Position numbers and translations under genes: made by a program
Origin: Azolla caroliniana
Taxonomy: Eukaryota > Plantae > Polypodiophyta
Reading direction: 5' to 3'
DNA length: 23,617 bases
NCBI GenBank assembly: GCA_043228905.1
Contig: JBHGNT010000471.1
Coordinates: 1-23,617 of the forward strand
Notes under the pieces: generated by a model
Told to the model about the DNA's origin: nothing
Seen by the model: the letters and a program-made list of their open reading frames with translations, nothing else
The model's database searches: none
Part shown: piece by piece, positions 21,601-23,617 of the stretch
Position numbering within the stretch: the stretch's first letter is position 1
How the letters are laid out: each line of letters begins with the position of its first letter

Positions 21601-22140
21601 AGCAAGCACAAGGTTCCCTTTGTGGAGTGTCCACCCTCCTAATGAGAACCCGGCACGAATGCCGGCTTCGTCAAGCTGTCTGACTGAGATCAAGGGTCTT
21701 GAGAGCTTAGGAACGTGTCGGACGTTGTGCAGTACGAGTGTAGACCCACCGGAAAGTTGAGCTCTACAGTGCCGATTCCGATTATAGCACAGTGTTGCGA
21801 GTTTCCAACTCGAACAAAGTCGGAGTGCCGGTCCGAGTATTGCCGAAACTGTGATCGGTGAGGTGTCACATGATATTACTCATGAGTATCATTGCTCTGA
21901 GTTCATCCTCAATTGTTGTCCCCTGAAACGAGATTTGGGAGCTTATGCTTTCATACTCGTTGAGGTGTGCATGAACCGAATCAGATTCTTTCATCCACAG
22001 TTGTAGAGCACCGGATCCGGATCAGATACATCTTCGTTGCGGCGACCTTCTTTTCATAAGTTTCCGACACCGTTTTCCAAAGTTCAAAAGCTGTCGTGCA
22101 TGATTGCACTGTGAAGTACACAACTCCGACAGAGGTAGAA
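18608..22140 (-). mobile_element. Ty1/copia internal region (partial gag, protease, integrase, RT, RNase H), degenerate
   Basis: AFELWKTVSETYE (gag), LWHGRLGH..FCEHC, VHSDVCGP..FIDDSTRK..LRTDNGGEF..QNGIAERMN, YKARLVAKGF, YTDSDF, KHIDIRYHFVRD. Copia domain order with stops, frameshifts and a gag-protease deletion. Confidence 0.95.
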
Positions 22141-22145
22141 CCAAT

Positions 22146-22547
22146 GACGTGAAGACGGCATTCCTTCACGGAGACCTCGAAGAAGAGATATACATGCAGA
22201 ACCGGATGGATTCGAGAAGAAAGGGAAGGAGCACCTGGTATGCCGGTTGAAAAGAGCCTTTACGGACTGAAGCAGGCTCCCCGGCAATGGTACCGGAAGT
22301 TCGACTCTTTCATGACCGACGAAGGGTACCACAAAACGCAGTCCGATCACTGCGTTTTGTGGTACCCTTCGTCGGTCATGAAAGAGTCGAACTTCCGGTA
22401 CCATTGCCGGGGAGCCTGCTTCAGTCCGTAAAGGCTCTTTTTCAACCGGCATACCAGGTGCTCCTTCCCTTTCTTCTCGAATCCTTCCGGTTGCTGCATG
22501 TATATCTCTTCTTCGAGGTCGCCGTGAAGGAATGCTGTCTTCACGTC
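22146..22547. repeat. Inverted duplication of copia RT: arms 22146-22342 and 22349-22547, 6-nt loop CCGATC
   Basis: The arms are reverse complements with three substitutions and two 1-bp indels. Confidence 0.95.
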
Positions 22548-23617
22548 CATCTGTTCTACCTCGAGGTCCATGCTTGCCGCTATGCTCAGCACCGTCCGGA
22601 TGGAGGTCATCTTCACTACCGGGGCAAATATCTCGTCGAAGTCGACGCCCTTCTTCTGCTGGAACCCCTTCACCACGATCCTGGCTTTGTATCTCGGGGG
22701 GTTTCGGCATCTCCCGGTTTCAGCTTGAACACCCACTTGTTTCGAAGTGCCCGCTTTCCTTCGGCAACTCCACAAGTTCATATGTGTGGTTCTCATGCAG
22801 GGAATCCATCTCCTCCTGCATGGCACTTAACCACCTGCGGCTATGGGTGTCAAGCTTTGCTTCTTCAAAACTCTCCGGCTCCCCCTCGTCGGTTAGCAGC
22901 ACGTGCTCTGGTTCCGGAAATCTCCGGGGGGGCCTTCTCTCTCTTAGAGGATATCTCCGTTCGGAGCTTCGGTAACCGGCTCCTCCGTTTCCTCTTCATC
23001 CGAATCCATTTCGGGATCGGGGCCGGTTCGGTATCAGTTTCATCTTCCTCGGCCGGTTCTGTTTCTTCACCGTCTTCGGCCGGATCCTCGAGTGCTAACC
23101 GGTCCCTTAGCCGGTCGGGATTGCTCCTCGTAGAGTTGATCCTCACCGGTCGACTTGGAGGCTCTCATCTTCTTCTCCGACTCCCAGTCGGCGAGTGTCT
23201 TGTCCTCCATGAAGATGATATCGCAACTCCGGAATATCTTTTTGTCGACCGGGTCCCATACTCGGTAGCCGAACTCGTCATCGCCGTATCCGAGGAATAT
23301 GCATGGCCGGGTCTTTGGATCTAGCTTTCCTCTCCGTCCTTTGCCACATGCACATATGCGAGACACCCGAACACCTTCAGATGCGCGTAGGATACTTCCC
23401 TACCGGTCCACACTCTCTGCGGCGTGTCTCCGTCCAAAGGTACTGAGGGTGATCTGTTTATCACGTATGTCGCCGTCGACATTGCCTCAGCCCAAAACCC
23501 CTTGGGTAATTTCGCATGCGCCAGCATACATCCGGACCCTCTCCATTATGGTCCGGTTCATCCTCACGGCCAGCCCGTTCAGTTCCGGCGTCTTCGCACA
23601 GTAAACTCGAGCGCGAT
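22349..23617 (-). mobile_element. Second GC-rich Ty1/copia (Tnt1-like) integrase C-terminus and RT N-terminus
   Basis: FWAEAMSTATYVINRSPS, KLDPKTRPCIFLGYG, YKARIVVKGFQQKKGVDFDEIFAPVVKMTSIR, QMDVKTAFLHGDLEEEIYM, LKKSLYGLKQAPRQWY. Broken mainly by small indels. Confidence 0.93.

Noticed and set aside
22287-23324. 345-aa plus-strand ORF and other overlapping ORFs
   Set aside because: Antisense or off-frame shadows of GC-rich copia pol.

Overview
Eukaryotic, transposon-rich land-plant DNA; it looks fern-like or otherwise non-seed-plant, but that is an inference. The left 6 kb is the notable part. It holds an intact six-exon gene (1407-5538, +, about 974 aa) that fuses a ParB/Sulfiredoxin-like domain to a prokaryote-type beta-class N6A/N4C DNA amino-methyltransferase. 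This gene sits head-to-head with an open ORF (<1-592, -) whose Cys-rich region resembles Sola/DUF7869-type transposases. An array of eight phased 25-bp palindromes with orientation-flipped spacers (1492-1891) lies in the predicted first intron of the methyltransferase gene. Together these suggest a DNA transposon carrying its own DNA-modification module and candidate target array. The rest of the window holds a truncated Ty3/gypsy element (LTR with two tRNA-like segments, tRNA-Trp PBS, gag), several decayed and nested Ty1/copia elements, an intact nine-exon Aurora kinase gene (-), a MULE transposase pseudogene interrupted by a copia, and a roughly 200-bp fold-back junction in a copia RT.
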